From Ministeria vibrans ATCC 50519 (Eukaryota > Protista > Filasterea): 64,000 nt of DNA. Below the pieces are notes generated by a model that searched no databases, had not been told where the DNA came from, and was given only the letters and a program-made list of their open reading frames with translations. Location: positions 77,120 through 141,119 of the forward strand of contig CALSCP010000883.1 in NCBI GenBank assembly GCA_943704425.1, read 5' to 3'. Below are positions 12,181 to 25,979 of this stretch, piece by piece. The translations under genes and the position numbers were made by a program. Position 1 is the first letter of the stretch. The number at the start of each line of letters is the position of its first letter.

Positions 12181-15100
12181 ATGCTTCGGTTTGTTCTGTT
12201 TGCTGTTCTGGCAGTGGTGCACTGCCAGGCTGCGTCAAAGCCAGGCATTGCGCTGTCTTTTAAGGAAGGTTCGATTGGTTCTCTCTTTCTCTCTCTTTCA
12301 CACACACTCTCTCTCTATCTCTCTTTCTCACTCACTGACACACACACACGCCTTCTCTCGATCGTATGCCCAGGTGAACGGGTCCAGATCCTTGCGAACA
12401 AGGTTGGGCCCTTTTTTAACCCGTCTGAAACATACGACTACTATGAGCTGCCCGTGTGCCGTCCAGCGACGATTGTGCGCATCACCGAGACGCTCGGTAA
12501 GCACTCGTCCCTACTGTGTACCAGCCCCACCCTTTCAACGCTCTCTCTCTCTCTCTTCCGTCGTCAAACGCCCAAAAAATCAAAATCGTTGCAAAGTTGA
12601 AAAAAAAAAAAAAAAAAAAAAAAGCGTGTCAGTAAATGCGACACTCTTTTTCGTGTCACTGCCCGTCGCGTGCAGGCACATCGATGCGGCTGCGTGTCCT
12701 TGGCTATCGTCGCATTGTGCTACTCCTCGGGGCGCCTCGACGCAGCAGGCGGCTCATGGCTGGTGTTTTGTGTAGGAGAAGTGTTGACGGGCGATCGTCT
12801 CTCGCATTCGCTCTTTGAGATCAACTTTCGCGAGGACTTTGAGTCGAAGCGACTGTGCCAGCTGCACCTGGAGGGAAAGTATACGGACCGGTTGCACGAG
12901 GCGATCGAGGACTATTACTACTTTGAGTTTGTGGTGGATGGACTGGAAGTGTTCAACTTCATTGGCGACCTGGAAGAGGTCAATCTGCCCTTTCACCACC
13001 ACCGCTTCTTTCTCTTCGTCCATTTTCACTTTGACTTTTTGTACAATCCGGACGGGCATATTATCGCGACCAACGTTACCATGGCGAGCAAACCACCGCA
13101 CGACATTTCGCGTCGCGACAACATCTACGACATTGACATTACCTACTCGGCACACTGGCGCCCCACCTCAGTTCCCGTCGGCAAGCGTCTCTCGGTCCAT
13201 GGCGACTCCTTTTTCCCCAAAGCAATGGAGATCCATTGGATGAACATTGTCAACTCGGTTCTATTGGTCGTTCTCCTCACAGGTACAAAAAACTGCACGA
13301 ACCTTTTATTTTGCGCTCACTGATTTGTTTTATTGTAGCTCTTGTTCTTTTGATTTTGTCTCGAGTGCTCTCGTCAGACATTATGCGTTACAGTCGGGAA
13401 GACGAAGAGTTGGACTCGGTTGATGATTATGGCTGGAAGCAAGTGCACGGCGATGTGTTTCGTACGATAGTGTGTGTGTGTTTGTGGTGTATTATTGGAC
13501 ATTGTTATTGTTGTATTTTCAGAGATGGAGAGTATATATATATGTATATATATATATATATGTGGTGTATTATTGCGTAACATTGTTATTTTGATTTCTA
13601 TGTGAATGTGTTGTGATGCGGTTTGTGTGTTTCTTTTTAGGCTTCCCTCCTTTGAAGAATCTCTTCTGTGCCATTGTGGGTGTTGGATTTCAGTTTGTCA
13701 TTCTTGTGTGCATTGTGCTACTCTTCTCGCTCTTTGGCTTCTTCTCCCCGCACAACCATGGTTCAATGCTCTCTGCACTCATCATCTTTTACGCAATGAG
13801 CTCAGGTGTGTACTGGTGTTGTGTACCATTTGTCACTCAACCCGCTCCTCCCACACACTTACTTTTTCAGGGTTTGCGGGTTTTGTCTCTGGACGTCTGT
13901 TCCGTCAAATGGGCGGCACCAACTGGGTGTACAATATCCTTCTGACTGCGTCACTTTTTGCGCTTCCCTTCTTTGGCGTCTGGTCCACCATTAACACTGT
14001 TGCGTGGTACTACAATGCCACGCAGGCACTCCCTTGGACCACTGTTCTTGTTGTTATGCTCATCTGGCTTTGTGGTGCGTAACACGAGTGCATGTTTCAC
14101 AGCAAGAATCATGTGTATGCGTCATATTTATTTGCATTGTATTGCAGTTGGATTCCCATTGACCATTTTGGGAGGTATTCTGGGCAAGAACAGCAAAGCA
14201 CAGTTTGATGCGCCCACTCGAACCAAAAATATTCCTCGGGAGATTCCCGTCGTGCCCTGGTAAAGAACATTTTTGAGGGAGAGAAAAAGAGTTGGTATGA
14301 GTGAGAGACTGAGAGATTGTATCTTACATTTTAGGTTTATGTCGTCTCCGATACAAATGCTTGTGGGAGGATTCCTTCCGTTCTCAGCCATCTCCGTTGA
14401 GCTGTACTATGTGTTTTCGTCGCTGTGGGGACGAGAGTCGTACACTTTGTTTGGCATTCTTCTTCTTGTCTTTGCCATTGTGTTGCTTGTGGCTGCCTGC
14501 ATTACCGTCACTCTCACGTACTTCCAGCTCAGCACTGAGGACTATCGTTGGTGGTACGGCTAATGATTTTGTGTGTGTGTGTGTGTGTATGTTTAAATGT
14601 GTACTTATTTCATCTCTTTTCGAATTTGTACTCTTCTATCTCTTCGTTTCATGTGTGATTTCAGGTGGCAAAGCATTCTCAATGCGGGTGCAACTGGTGC
14701 CTTTGTCTTTGCTTATGCGACTTTCTTCTTCCATTACCGCTCAAACATGTCTGGTGTGTTCCAGACTGTTCAGTTTTTTGGTATGCTTTACTTTTTTGAT
14801 TCTTTCTTTTGCATCTCACTCTACTCAAATTGACCTATGAGCTGCGACATTGTCTCAGCATCTCTTTCTCTCTTTTATCACAATGCTTTTCTATCACTTA
14901 ACAGGGTTCATATCACTTTGTTTTGTTTTATCACGTTACGTTCATCATTTTGTTCCCATCACTTGTTTCTCCTTATCTTTTTGTTTCTCACTCTCTGTCA
15001 CTTAATTCCTCTACATGACATTTTGATATCTGATTCACTTGATCTCTCCCATTCACTTTTTGTCTGTCACATGCTAACCCTCTCTCGCATACACCCTGTT

Positions 15101-15212
15101 AGGCTACACTTCCATCATTTGCTACGTCTTCTTCCTTATTCTCGGTTCCATTGGTTTTTTCTCGTCCCTCAGCTTTGTCAAGCATCTTTTTAAGCAACTC
15201 AAAACTGACTGA
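12181..15212 (+). CDS. TM9SF1: Transmembrane 9 superfamily (nonaspanin) member 1-like, multi-exon
   Basis: [80 protein letters not shown]-terminal KQLKTD (KxD motif); GT-AG introns. Confidence 0.93.
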
Positions 15213-15394
15213 GTTTCGGTGTGAGTTGTTCTCGCTCTTGTTTGGTGTTCCTCTCTCTGTCTATCACTATCACTTTGTTTCTTTCTCCCTCCCTCCCTCC
15301 TCTCTCTCTCTTTCTTTCTCTTTTTCTTAATGCAAATCCCAATGTACATCAAAAATTACCAAAAAAAAAAACACATTTCGTATAGTATAAAGTG

Positions 15395-16979
15395 TTACAG
15401 ACGATCAAAGGCTAACGCGATTTCGTCAACAAAGAGGCCGTGGCAGAAGAGGTACGATGAAACATGACCGCCGCTGAGTGGGGGAGAGCGGGCCGGGCAC
15501 CAATGGCGGATGAGGGCCGCCGAGGACGGGTGTGGGATATATGCGTCGTGGGGGGCATGGGGAAGGGATGTGGATGTGCACTATGAGTGAGTGTGTGACA
15601 ATTTGTGTGTGTGAGTAGGATGTGTGATGTATGACTGATAAAAAATAATAATTTAATATGTTATATGTGTGTGTCACAGAATGACAATTTGGGCATGTGT
15701 AATGTATGGTGTGTGTTTGTTTGCGTTAGATAGAATACTGTAACATATTTGACTTACGTTGCGTGGAGGACGCGTTGTCGTGAGGTTTGTGGCTTCGTCA
15801 AGGAGAATACGCATGGCATCTTCAATGTCGTATGCACCGTCTTGATGCTGTTGCTGCCTCTTGTGGTGTTGGGCGCGTGTAAGGAGTGCTGGTGGTGATA
15901 TAAAGGCAAAAGAGTCGAGAAGGTGCTGGAGGGGCGGTGAATAGTCGGATTGGAGGGCGCGCCAGTCGACGGCCGAGCGCATGACTCCACCGTCGACAAA
16001 GACATCGCGTGCCGTTGCAGCTGAGAGACACGGCACGCACACAAGTGGACGTTCCAGTGCTGAGCCCACAAGGGCTGCCATATGGCCACCCAGTGAGAAT
16101 CCTAGGACGAGAAAAATGCGCGTGTTGGCAAAATGCGTGTGTTGGCACGGTTTGTTTGTTTTAGCACCTTGCACCCCCAACTGATCCATGCCAAGTTGCC
16201 GCTCGGCCCAATTAAACAGCAACGCAGACTCAGCAATAACTCCGAGTCCCATGGTAAAGAGGTCGGAGAGGTAGTGCAGCGACGAGCGGAACTGCGTTTT
16301 CGGCTTGCGCAGTCCGTAAAACGGGTTCTCGAGAATGATAGAGGCAATGCCGCGCTTTGCAAGCGGTACGGCAAGCATCGAACGTCGTCGTGAGTAGTAG
16401 TGCTCGCCAGTGCCGCCGAGCAGAATGCAGAGTCGGCGAGCGGGGGAGGAAGAGCGGTGGACGGGCATGACCAGCTACGCAGAGACGAATCGACGAGTCA
16501 GATGGTTCTAGCACGCCTCTCAAAGCGCTCTAGCACGCGCGCGTGCGTGCGTGTGATGGGGCGTACTTCAAAGTGGGCTGTGTGGCTTTCAGAGGGGAGG
16601 ATTCCCGGCAGGAGGGCGACGAGAGGGCTTTCAAAGGAGCCTTGGTGGCGTGTGAACAGCGGCGTCGTGGCCTTGTGGTCCAGGCGCACCTCGGGGGGGA
16701 TGGCCGGGTTCAGCATTGCATGCCCGCTTGCGGAGAACGCCAGCTGTCTAGAGAGCGACGATCAGTATTCAGTCAGACGTTTTATTATAATTATCGTGTT
16801 CGTTTTTGAACTCACTTGAATTCAAGTAGACGTCGCAAATGACTCATTTGCCCCCATCCCTTGGTGAAAAAGCGTGTCTTCATCACATACTGGCGGAATA
16901 TGCGGTCGATGGCACTATGAATAACAACAAGTTAGGAATAAGCGAATTGACATCCCTCGTCTTACCTAACGTCATGCAT
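15395..16979 (-). CDS. ABHD18: Alpha/beta hydrolase ABHD18 (DUF2048)-like, multi-exon
   Basis: Spliced exons give MHDVS|AIDRIFR...FFTKGWG, GSFESPL, GGTGEHYY.RRR, LENPFYGLRKP..Q.RSSL, GFSLGGHMA (nucleophile elbow), DAYIP and GGHVSSYL. Confidence 0.9.
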
Positions 16980-17314
16980 TCTCGCCTCTCTCACAGCGAA
17001 CAGTCCGCAGAGTCACTCCCCAGTGGAACGCACCACCGAGGGAACCTTATCTCCTACGAGAGAAGTAAAATTGAAATGATTAATATTGAGATTTGACATT
17101 TGAGTGAGTCATTCTTATCATGAGTCTACGACAGAATTAAATGAGTTAAAATACGCTGAGTCATAATTACCAATGTACCATATCACATATTTGATGACGA
17201 TGAAAATATGAGTTGGCACTCAACCCTATTTTCAAATCACTTTCAAATTTCAATTCAACTTGTAAACTGTTTGCTAACTGTCAAGTGACACATTTTTTTT
17301 TGCCACTTCCCACG

Positions 17315-17724
17315 ATGCCGACAAAGCCAGGCACGACCCATCGCCACCCCAGTTGGAAAGCAGTGACGAAGCCGAGCGCCGAGAAGAGTGTCGCGCGGCG
17401 CCCACTGTCGCACAAAGAGATGATCGAGCGAGCGCACGATCGCCTCAGCGAACCAACCTCCGTCGTTGCGTATGCGCGTCCCCTCGTCATCCTCCTGCTC
17501 TTTTTTGCACTCCATCACATCTGGTGGACTATCCAGGCCAAGATCGTCCCCGACTTCACGCCCGGCCGCAAGCCTTTGCCTGTCCATCTCGTAAGACACA
17601 CACGAAAAAGAAACGAGAAAAAAAGCAAAAGTCGCAACTCACACTGACGTATTGCGCGTAGACCAACCTGTGTCCTCCCGGAATCGACTGCCAAGCAGAC
17701 GTCGTCACATCGCAGCTGCTCTAG
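17315..17724 (+). CDS. Small single-TM hypothetical protein, 2 exons
   Basis: MPTKPG... with hydrophobic PLVILLLFFALHHIWW; a GTAAGA...CGTAG intron (about 17591-17661) restores the frame to TAG at 17724. Confidence 0.6.
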
Positions 17725-19466
17725 CGCGCTGTAGACGAGCAGGGCGCCACAGATGCGCTGCTTCGCTTATTTTCTGCTTCTCTCTATATAAAACCCTTAT
17801 GTAACCGCCTGGAAAACCCACCAAGTCCCCCTGAGACACCCATCTGAATGAGCCTACTTGTGTGTGCTGTTGTTTTGTTCGCTACCTTAGAACGCGGTTG
17901 CGTAGAACGTCACAACGGCAGAAACGGCAGAAACCCGGCAGAAGCAGGTTGCCTCACCACCAACCACCGCAGTGCGGTACGGGGGCCGCCCGCGCGTGCC
18001 TGCGCTGGTGGAGTCGCTTTGAGAGTGCCGGAGTTGGGCTTGGTGAGGGCTGGGCGGCGCACTGCATCCTTTGCTTGGCTGTTCAGCCCCATTGTTATTC
18101 GCTTGCGTAATGGATCGCTTATTGTCTTTTCCCCGATGATTCAAAGAGAGAATGATCTGGCCACCCGCAGCGTCCATACAGCCATGCGTGTCGCCTGACT
18201 GCGCGTGTGTTGAGTTAGTTGATGGTGAGAATAGTCACGAGAATACAGGATGCGCAGCGAAGAATCGGCGGAGATATTAACAGAAGAGTCAACAATCTCT
18301 CCCTCTCTCCTTCTCTCGACATTCTACATGCCAGAGAAGCTGTGAAAGGACACAGATTTGAAGTTTAGCACAATAACCGCGTGTGTCTTGGTCTCAATAG
18401 AAAGTTCGGGCGCTGCTTTTAACCACGTTTTAACGATCGTTTATTTCTCTATTATTCTGCCGGACGGAAAAAACGCAAAAGAAAAAAAGAAAAAAAATGT
18501 CGCGACACCTTTACATCTTAGCAACGCGCACTAGCGCACTCCTTCCTAATCAGTCATGACACTTTCGCCAATCGCCATTCTCTGGAGTCTGGACGTATGT
18601 ACTGTGTAGCCGGTAGCAACAGGCAAACGTGACATGAGAAAATCAAATCATAAAGCCATTGTGATGTGCAAGACATTATATAATCCGATGAATGAGAGCA
18701 ACGATATCACTGACGGCTCGAGAGACGAGATCACGAGAAGTGACGAGAACAGTGACTAGCGACATGTACTCTAGTTCCTACTCTCGAAAAAGTTCACATG
18801 TGAGCTGAATTTTCATCTTCTTTTCATCACCCATTAATCTTATAAATCACCCGTCGAAGGCTGAGCATTGAATTATATTCTCTTATATTAGCAACACTTC
18901 AACACCCAGCAATCATCCAACAGTTTACCTTTTTGCAGTGGAGCAACGGTGTCTTGGTAGGTCATCAATTTTGGCCTTATTTGTCGGGCCTTGCACATTA
19001 CTAATTTGTTGTTATTTTCCCATCATTATACCAATATAGTTACTTTCACCACATAGTGACCACATACACAGGCCGGTGCCCCGCCATCCTACCAGCGTCG
19101 CTTCTCTTTCACTGCCCGCCATTGTATGACGTATATACGAAGCGTCTCAGAATCGGGCGTTGCTGTTTCGCAGGTGGGTGTTCTCGGGTGTGAGTCCGAA
19201 TTCCTCCAATATTCGTCGCACGCTTGCTGCGAGAGTGTGTCTGACTATCTGTATATCTATGGATGCTCCGTTTTCTTGTTGCTAGCATATGGCGGAAGCA
19301 TTGTATTACTCTTCATTGTACGATATTAATTTTCATCTCCCTTGAGTTAAGTAAACTGTGTAAAACGAATTCTTAAGTCTTGTGGTTTTGTTTGAGTGTT
19401 TCGAGTTATTTCGACAATTCGACTTTTCTTTTTCACTTTTTCTTTATATATTGCGTCTGTCGATCT

Positions 19467-19875
19467 ATGCTGCTTCCAGTACTCCTTGGCATACTGGCTG
19501 TGGCGTGGGGCGCAACCCCGCCCGGCACTGTGGACGTCTTTGTGATGGACTGCAACCAAAAGATTCACCTGGCGCCCTCTCTGATTGCGTCGACCGTCGA
19601 CCTCGCGCCTCTCATCCGCGCCTACTATGCGCAAAACTATCAGAGGACCGTCGACGCCATCCGCTGCCACTGTCCGGGCTTGTCGCAACCGCAAATCGAC
19701 GAATACTTTGCGCCCACCCTTTCCAACCTCCTGCGCGCCTGGCAGAACCCGCTGCACCAAGTACGACCCTAGCCCCTCCATCCCATGACTCGTGTCCTTC
19801 CCAGTAGCGCTCCGCCCTTTCCCCCTCGCTCCCCTCAAATTCGTTCACGAGAGGTCACTCACACACTCTGACTCG

Positions 19876-19931
<56 letters not shown>

Positions 19932-22900
19932 CGGATCTCGATGCCATTGTGAGCGCTCAGGGATGCACACCCTTCACCCACGACTACGCCAACTTCAACC
20001 AGACTGTCTTTGGCCTTTCTCCAACCACCCTGCCGTCGACATGCAACTACGCGACCTATCCAAGCGACGGCTGTCTCTTTTCCTACAAAGTACACTAAAA
20101 AGATGATACTCCATCTTTCTCATCCCTCTTTCTCTTTATCTCTCTTTCTCTTTATCTCTCTCTCTCTTTTTCTCACTTTAGCTTCCTAATCGATATGGCT
20201 TTGCCACCGTCAATGTGGCCATTCGTGAGTGTGGTACAGACCCCACAGCGGCGCCGTTTGTGTCGGTGACGTGCTTTGGACCCAACTGCGAGACGTTTTT
20301 TGAGCCATGTTTCAATTCAGATGACTGCAGCGGCACTGGAGCACTGGGACAACAGGGTGTGTGTATTCCTTTGGTCAACTTTGCGACGTGGGACCAGTGG
20401 AATCTTGAGACTCTCTCAGTGCCCCAGACACTCAGTGCCTATTTTGACATCCTTGGCGTGTACCCCGACAACTCGACGAGCGAGACCAACGCGCGCTGCT
20501 TCAACGTGCAAACGCCATACGCTGCGCCACTGACGGTGTCTGAGTCGCCGGTCACGGGCGATCTGACACTGCTCCAGCGGTCCATTGGTGAGATTGCCCT
20601 CGAGGCGGGCGCCTCCTTTGTCCGCCAAACCTATTACAATATTGCGGGCCAGGCATACTCGGGGCATGCCAACCTTCTTGCCTTCTGCGACATCATTCCC
20701 GTCGTTGACCGTCTCCTCGAGAATGGCTCCAAGCGAAACTACACCTACGCAACCACGCTGGCGGGCGTGCCCATCAATATGACGGTGGACAACCTCGCCT
20801 CAATCGCCTACCTCGACATCTTCTTTCCCCCCACCACGCCACCCCCCTTCACCATCCCCTTTATCAACTACTACTCCATTTTTACCGCCGCCAATGCGCT
20901 CCTCGCCCACCAAACCACGATTGCCTCGCAGGTTCTCGACCAATACGTGGCGCTCGTCTCCGCCAAGTTTGACATCATCGACGTTGCTCAGTCAATTGTC
21001 ACAAACTACCTTCCCCAGGCCATCCAGTACTGCAAAGCTCACTACCCCAACAGTTTTGACTGCGAGCGTCTTTCCGTTCTTGAACTCACGTCAGCAAAAC
21101 CCCAACGTCGACGATTCCATTCTAATTCTTCTCTTTGTTGTTGTTGTTGTTTTTCTTTTTTTTGTTTTTTTTTTTGTAACTCTCAGATTGTACTGTGAGC
21201 AACAGGTAGAACAAACCAATCTGACGTATTGCTACAGCCAGAATGTGTCGACACTGGCCAAGTGTGAGTGTGACTTGATGATGCGCGGAGTGGACTTTAT
21301 CTCCAACTCCGTGTGTGCCAGTGTCCTAAGCAACGACACGACCATTTCGCAGTGTCAGGCAGGCGCTCAGTCGCAGTACGTGGATTTGATTGACTCCACA
21401 GCCACACCAAGTGTGTGGCGTTGGTCTATCGATGCGTGTGTGGCGAGCGACTCTGTTGACCAGGTGCACTATGTGGGTCCTCATCCGGCGTGTGCTGCTC
21501 TGCACGAGCACGATCGTCTCGAGGCGTGTCGCTGCTCGTTTGCCTTTGCACTGATGCTGCAACACGCACCCATGGCGCCTGATGCGTCGCCTGCGCTTCG
21601 TTTTGATGGCATCGTTGAAAATGTGCCACCGGCATTTAATCAAACACTACGTGAAATGTGGCTTGGGGATTGTGTGCTGACAAACACGTCATTGTCGTGT
21701 CCGCACAACGCAATCCTTCCGTGGGACGGTGCTATGAGTATCGCGGGCGCGCCTGCGGGTGTGTTTAGTACAAGCCGCATGCAAGGCACGGCGTTTCCGC
21801 AGCCCTTCTTTGTATCGCCACCGTCGGCCGCCGACACCATTGCGACCACGGTCGACCAGGCAAGCATGACGCTGTTGAGTCTCGAATGCGATGGTACTGT
21901 GTCGTTGCTTCCAAGTACGCACTCTTCGATGAGTTTGGGTGCCGCCTTTGTCACGCGTGCCTTTGACGAGGTTGCTTCGGGCATGCTTGAGCCGCTCTTC
22001 AAGTGTCGCTACTCCGATCCCATCCAGTACAGCGCCTTTTCGTTTCAGGCCGAGTTTGATCCGTTCAGCCCCGCCTTCTGGCTCAACATGTTTACGGCGG
22101 CGCATCCCCCGGCACAAGTAGGTAACACGCCCTCGCCCACGCTCTTTGAGGGTCTCTCTCGTCTGTGGTATGGCCAGATGGATGGCTCGCCGCTGCGTGT
22201 CAACATGCCGTCTACGTGCAGTCTGTTGCACTGGCTTGTCAAGGGTGAGTGCGCCTTTGACTTTACGGCACTCCCGCAACTCTTGCCGGGTGTCGACGCA
22301 ACCCTCCAAGTTGTTCTGAAGACATGCTCGGCTTCGCCCATGGGCGTGCCTGCGATTGCACTCACTTGCAAGGGCACTTCATGCGAGTCCATCTTTGACC
22401 CAAAGCACTCTCTTCAGTTCTGCTCTTCTGCCCACCCGTGTGCCAACGCGCAAGCCACCTGCGAGCCCCTCCACAACCTTCTTGCCCAGTTTGCAGCAAG
22501 CCGTCCCGCACGCACGCGTGCCGATGGCGTGCCTCGTCGCAACCGTCCCGGCGCTGGCTTTACCGGTCCCGGCAGTTTCTTTTGGGGTGCGCTCCCGAAC
22601 GACACGTGCAGCAACATTGATCATGCAGTGCTCTCCATCATTCAGTTTGTGCAGCGCACCACTGGCCAACAGCCTCTCTTCACCACTGTCGACGCCACCA
22701 ACGGCTTCTGCAACAGTCTCAACCTTACCACGCTTGCTACGCAAGCTGCCTCCCTGCTCATTCCCAACTCAGCCAACAACACCCTCACCGTCATGGGTCT
22801 GTCATCGTACACCGCTCCTACTCCCAATCCCAACCCCAACCCTAACAACAACAACGGTGGCAGCTCAACCACCACCACCGTCGTTGTCGTTATCATGGTT

Positions 22901-23003
22901 ATCTTGGCGATTGTCGTCGTTGCTCTTGTTGCTCTCTGGATCCGCCGTCGTTCCCGTACCCCTCGCGTTCAGTTTCAAGATCTCGGAGAGAGCGTAAGAG
23001 AAA

Positions 23004-23048
<45 letters not shown>

Positions 23049-23172
23049 TATTACTATTATTATTATTAAATTTTTATCAATAATAATTTTCTAAATTGTT
23101 AATAATTACTTTTGTTTTGTTTTTGTGTGTTTTTTTTTGTTCTAGCTCTTGCACAATGATGAGGATATTTAA
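19467..23172 (+). CDS. Large Cys-rich type I membrane protein with an internally duplicated extracellular module, multi-exon
   Basis: Signal peptide MLLPVLLGILAVAWG; exons joined across GT-AG introns; PN/T-rich stalk, TM VVVVIMVILAIVVVALVALWI followed by RRRSR; last mini-exon LLHNDEDI*. Confidence 0.8.
19877..19927. repeat. (ATT)n microsatellite, intronic
   Basis: Perfect trinucleotide run. Confidence 0.95.
23005..23070. repeat. (AAT)n followed by (ATT)n microsatellite, intronic
   Basis: Trinucleotide runs in inverted arrangement. Confidence 0.9.
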
Positions 23173-23542
23173 ACATATTTTAAACTATTCTTATTTATTT
23201 TCTTAATGAACGAGTTATTATTATAAACTTTTCACTTCCATTTATTCATTATTTTTGTTGTGGTATGAATCTGTTCTCATAAAATAAAATATTTTTAATT
23301 GCTACCAAAGAGATATAATTTGGTTTTTCTCAAATGTGGGGTCGACGTCAGCTTGTAGAACGGCCGGCAAGAAAATTAATCATTATTCCTACAGTCAAGA
23401 ATTGAGAATTGTATTGTTTCACTTTTCACTTTTCAGTGATTTCTCTTTTATTTGTGTATTTTCTCTGTTGTCATATTGTCGTCTTTAGCCAGTGGGTATT
23501 ATTTTCACGAGCAATCGCATTCTTTGCACTTTCTCAATTGAA

Positions 23543-25979
23543 ATGGAGGTACACTTCGAGTGTCTTAATAATCATTGTGTCTTTTTCCTGACTCGTCAAT
23601 TTGGCGTTCCTTTGACTTCCCTCCCTCCTTCGACAGTCGCAAGAAGGTAAAGCATGTCAACACGAAAGGGATCCGCTGCGCAGTGGTGCTGAAGGATGTC
23701 CCCATTTGACAGGACCGCCTCCGATTGTGTCGAGCAAGCCAACGTTTGTGCCTAAGCCGCGCACGACCGTTGTCAAGGCTCCCCCACGCCCTGCGCCTTC
23801 GCGAGACACCGCCCGACCGACCAACGCAGCGGCCGCGCCGCCTGCACCGGCCGAGACGCCCAACGGGAGGCAGACGGCCGTTGCCGATTCTGCGCCCAAC
23901 GCCGCTCTCTCGAAAGCACCCTCGTCCGGGAGACCCCCGCCACCGCGCGCGCCAGCAGCTGCAGCCAAAGAAGCAACAGCAACATCCGAACAGACGGAAG
24001 CGACGGGAAGGGAGACATCGCTGTCGCAGGCGCCAGTCAAGAAGCCTCCTGTTGCCGGGCGACCGCCGCCGCCGCGAGCGCCCGTCAAGAAGGGTTCGCA
24101 CACAACAACAACAACGGAGTTGACGTGGTCGTGTTAACACAGGAGTTGTCTTTCCTTCTTTTCAGAGACGAGTGAGGGATCCGTGAATCAGACTGTATCA
24201 AATTCAGAGCCAGTGCAATTGCAAGCACCACCACGAAAGCACGCTGCGAAAAAGGACAAGGAAACGGTAAGCAGACGTAAAATAAAAAAGCGACTCATTT
24301 ATGTTTGTTTCATCTATAGACGACAGAACGCAACGTTAGTCGAGAGCTCTCGCCTCAATCTTCAACGACAACAGAGACACCCACAGCACCAATACCACCA
24401 GTAGCAACCGAATCCCCCAAACGCGGTGCCCCTCCTCCCCGACCCGCTCCCCCGGCACGACCACCACCCCCAACCCGCAAACCAGAAGGTGCAAAGAAGA
24501 AAAAAGAAAGAAAAAAAAAGCGAAGCATGGTTGCAATAACACCCATACATTGTCAATCACTCTTCCGTCCAATTTTAGCCAACCGGTCCACTGCGCTCCC
24601 CACCGCCTCTACTAGCACCACTGCCTCCACCACATCCACCACTACTACTCCTTCTTCGTCGACCACCAGTGTCGCTTCCTCGTCTACTCCGTCAAAGGCC
24701 GATCTTGTTGAGAGTTCTCTTGTGCGCACCAGAACAACTCCCGCTCCCACGTCAAACGTGGTCGGATCAAAGGTCCTTGAAAACGAGCGGAATTCAAATC
24801 AAAACTCAGTGATCCATCATGTTTACATCAGTTTCCTCTCTAATCGTCACTCCATTATGTTTGCACGCTACACTTTTTCTTCATGCAATCCCATCCACTC
24901 GATCACACACACGGCATATTCCCCACAGACACACTCACACCCTCCACCACCACCACAGGTCCATAACGCCATTGCCCCACGTCGTCTCGAGCGGCCCCCC
25001 GACAGCGTCTACGCCGCTGCTCATGCCGCTGCCATGGTTGCAGCAGGTAACGAAGAGCCCGATGAGTATGCTCTCAAGATGATGATCCCTCAGGAGAAGG
25101 GTCTCGATCCCTTTCGCGGTGGTTTCCCCGGTAACTATATGTATCTATTGTTTAATCTTTCAATCTTTGTTTTCGCCTTTCTTCCTTTTACACTCTGACT
25201 CTCACGACGTCTTTACGTTTTCAAATCTTTCTTTTTTTTCACACACTTTCGCTCATCAACCATCTCAACTAAACAATGTTTTTAATCTCCCAACCATAAA
25301 CACACGCACACACGAATTATATCTATACATATTTTTATACATACTAACAACTCCCCACCCTCAGCGGTTGACCTCATCACCGCCGTCAGCACGAGCGGCC
25401 ACCGTGTCCCCGATGGTATGACTGTCCGTCGCACCTCCTGTGTCGGTTACCTCTACAAATTGGGTGCCATGCGCAAGAACTGGAAGTACCGCTACTTTGA
25501 ATTGAACACCATGTCGACCAGTCCCGATCCCAACGATGCTCCGGGACTGCGCTACAGAGTCGATCATACGTCGACGGAACTCAAAGTATCGTTAATTGCA
25601 ATTGCACTTTTTACTTTTTGTGTTTTTTTTTTGTTTGTTTGAGAGTACTGTCTCTCTCTCTCTATCACTTTGTATCACTTTGTTTCTGTCTCTTCACTTT
25701 GCTTCTTTCTCCTTCCTCTCTCTCTCTCTTTGCTTTGTTTCTTTTTCCTTCTTCTCTTTCTCTCTCTCTGACACTTGCTTCGTCTCTTTCTTCCATGCTC
25801 CTTAGGGGTTTATCGCCTTGTCGACTGTCAAGAGCGTCGAGATTGCCAATTTGCCGTCCGACGGTTTCTACTACTTCGACATCAAAGCGGGCGATCGAAC
25901 TTATCAGATGCGCACTTACAACAAGCAATGCATTGCCGTGTGGGTGGCGCTTCTCAAGGCTTGCATTGGCAAGTATTAG
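23543..25979 (+). CDS. Proline-rich protein with a C-terminal PH domain, multi-exon
   Basis: PxxP/RPPPPR-rich exons, then SCVGYLYKLGAMRKNWKYRYFEL ... GFIALSTV ... FDIKAGDRTYQM ... WVALLK, a typical PH domain. The 5' micro-exons (ME|SQE|GPPP) are tentative. Confidence 0.8.

Noticed and set aside
17800-18200. RNase MRP-like motifs (AAGTCCCC on plus; ACAATGGGGCTGA on minus) or a small minus-strand gene
   Set aside because: The two motifs are on opposite strands and cannot form P4, and the short ORFs have no recognisable features.
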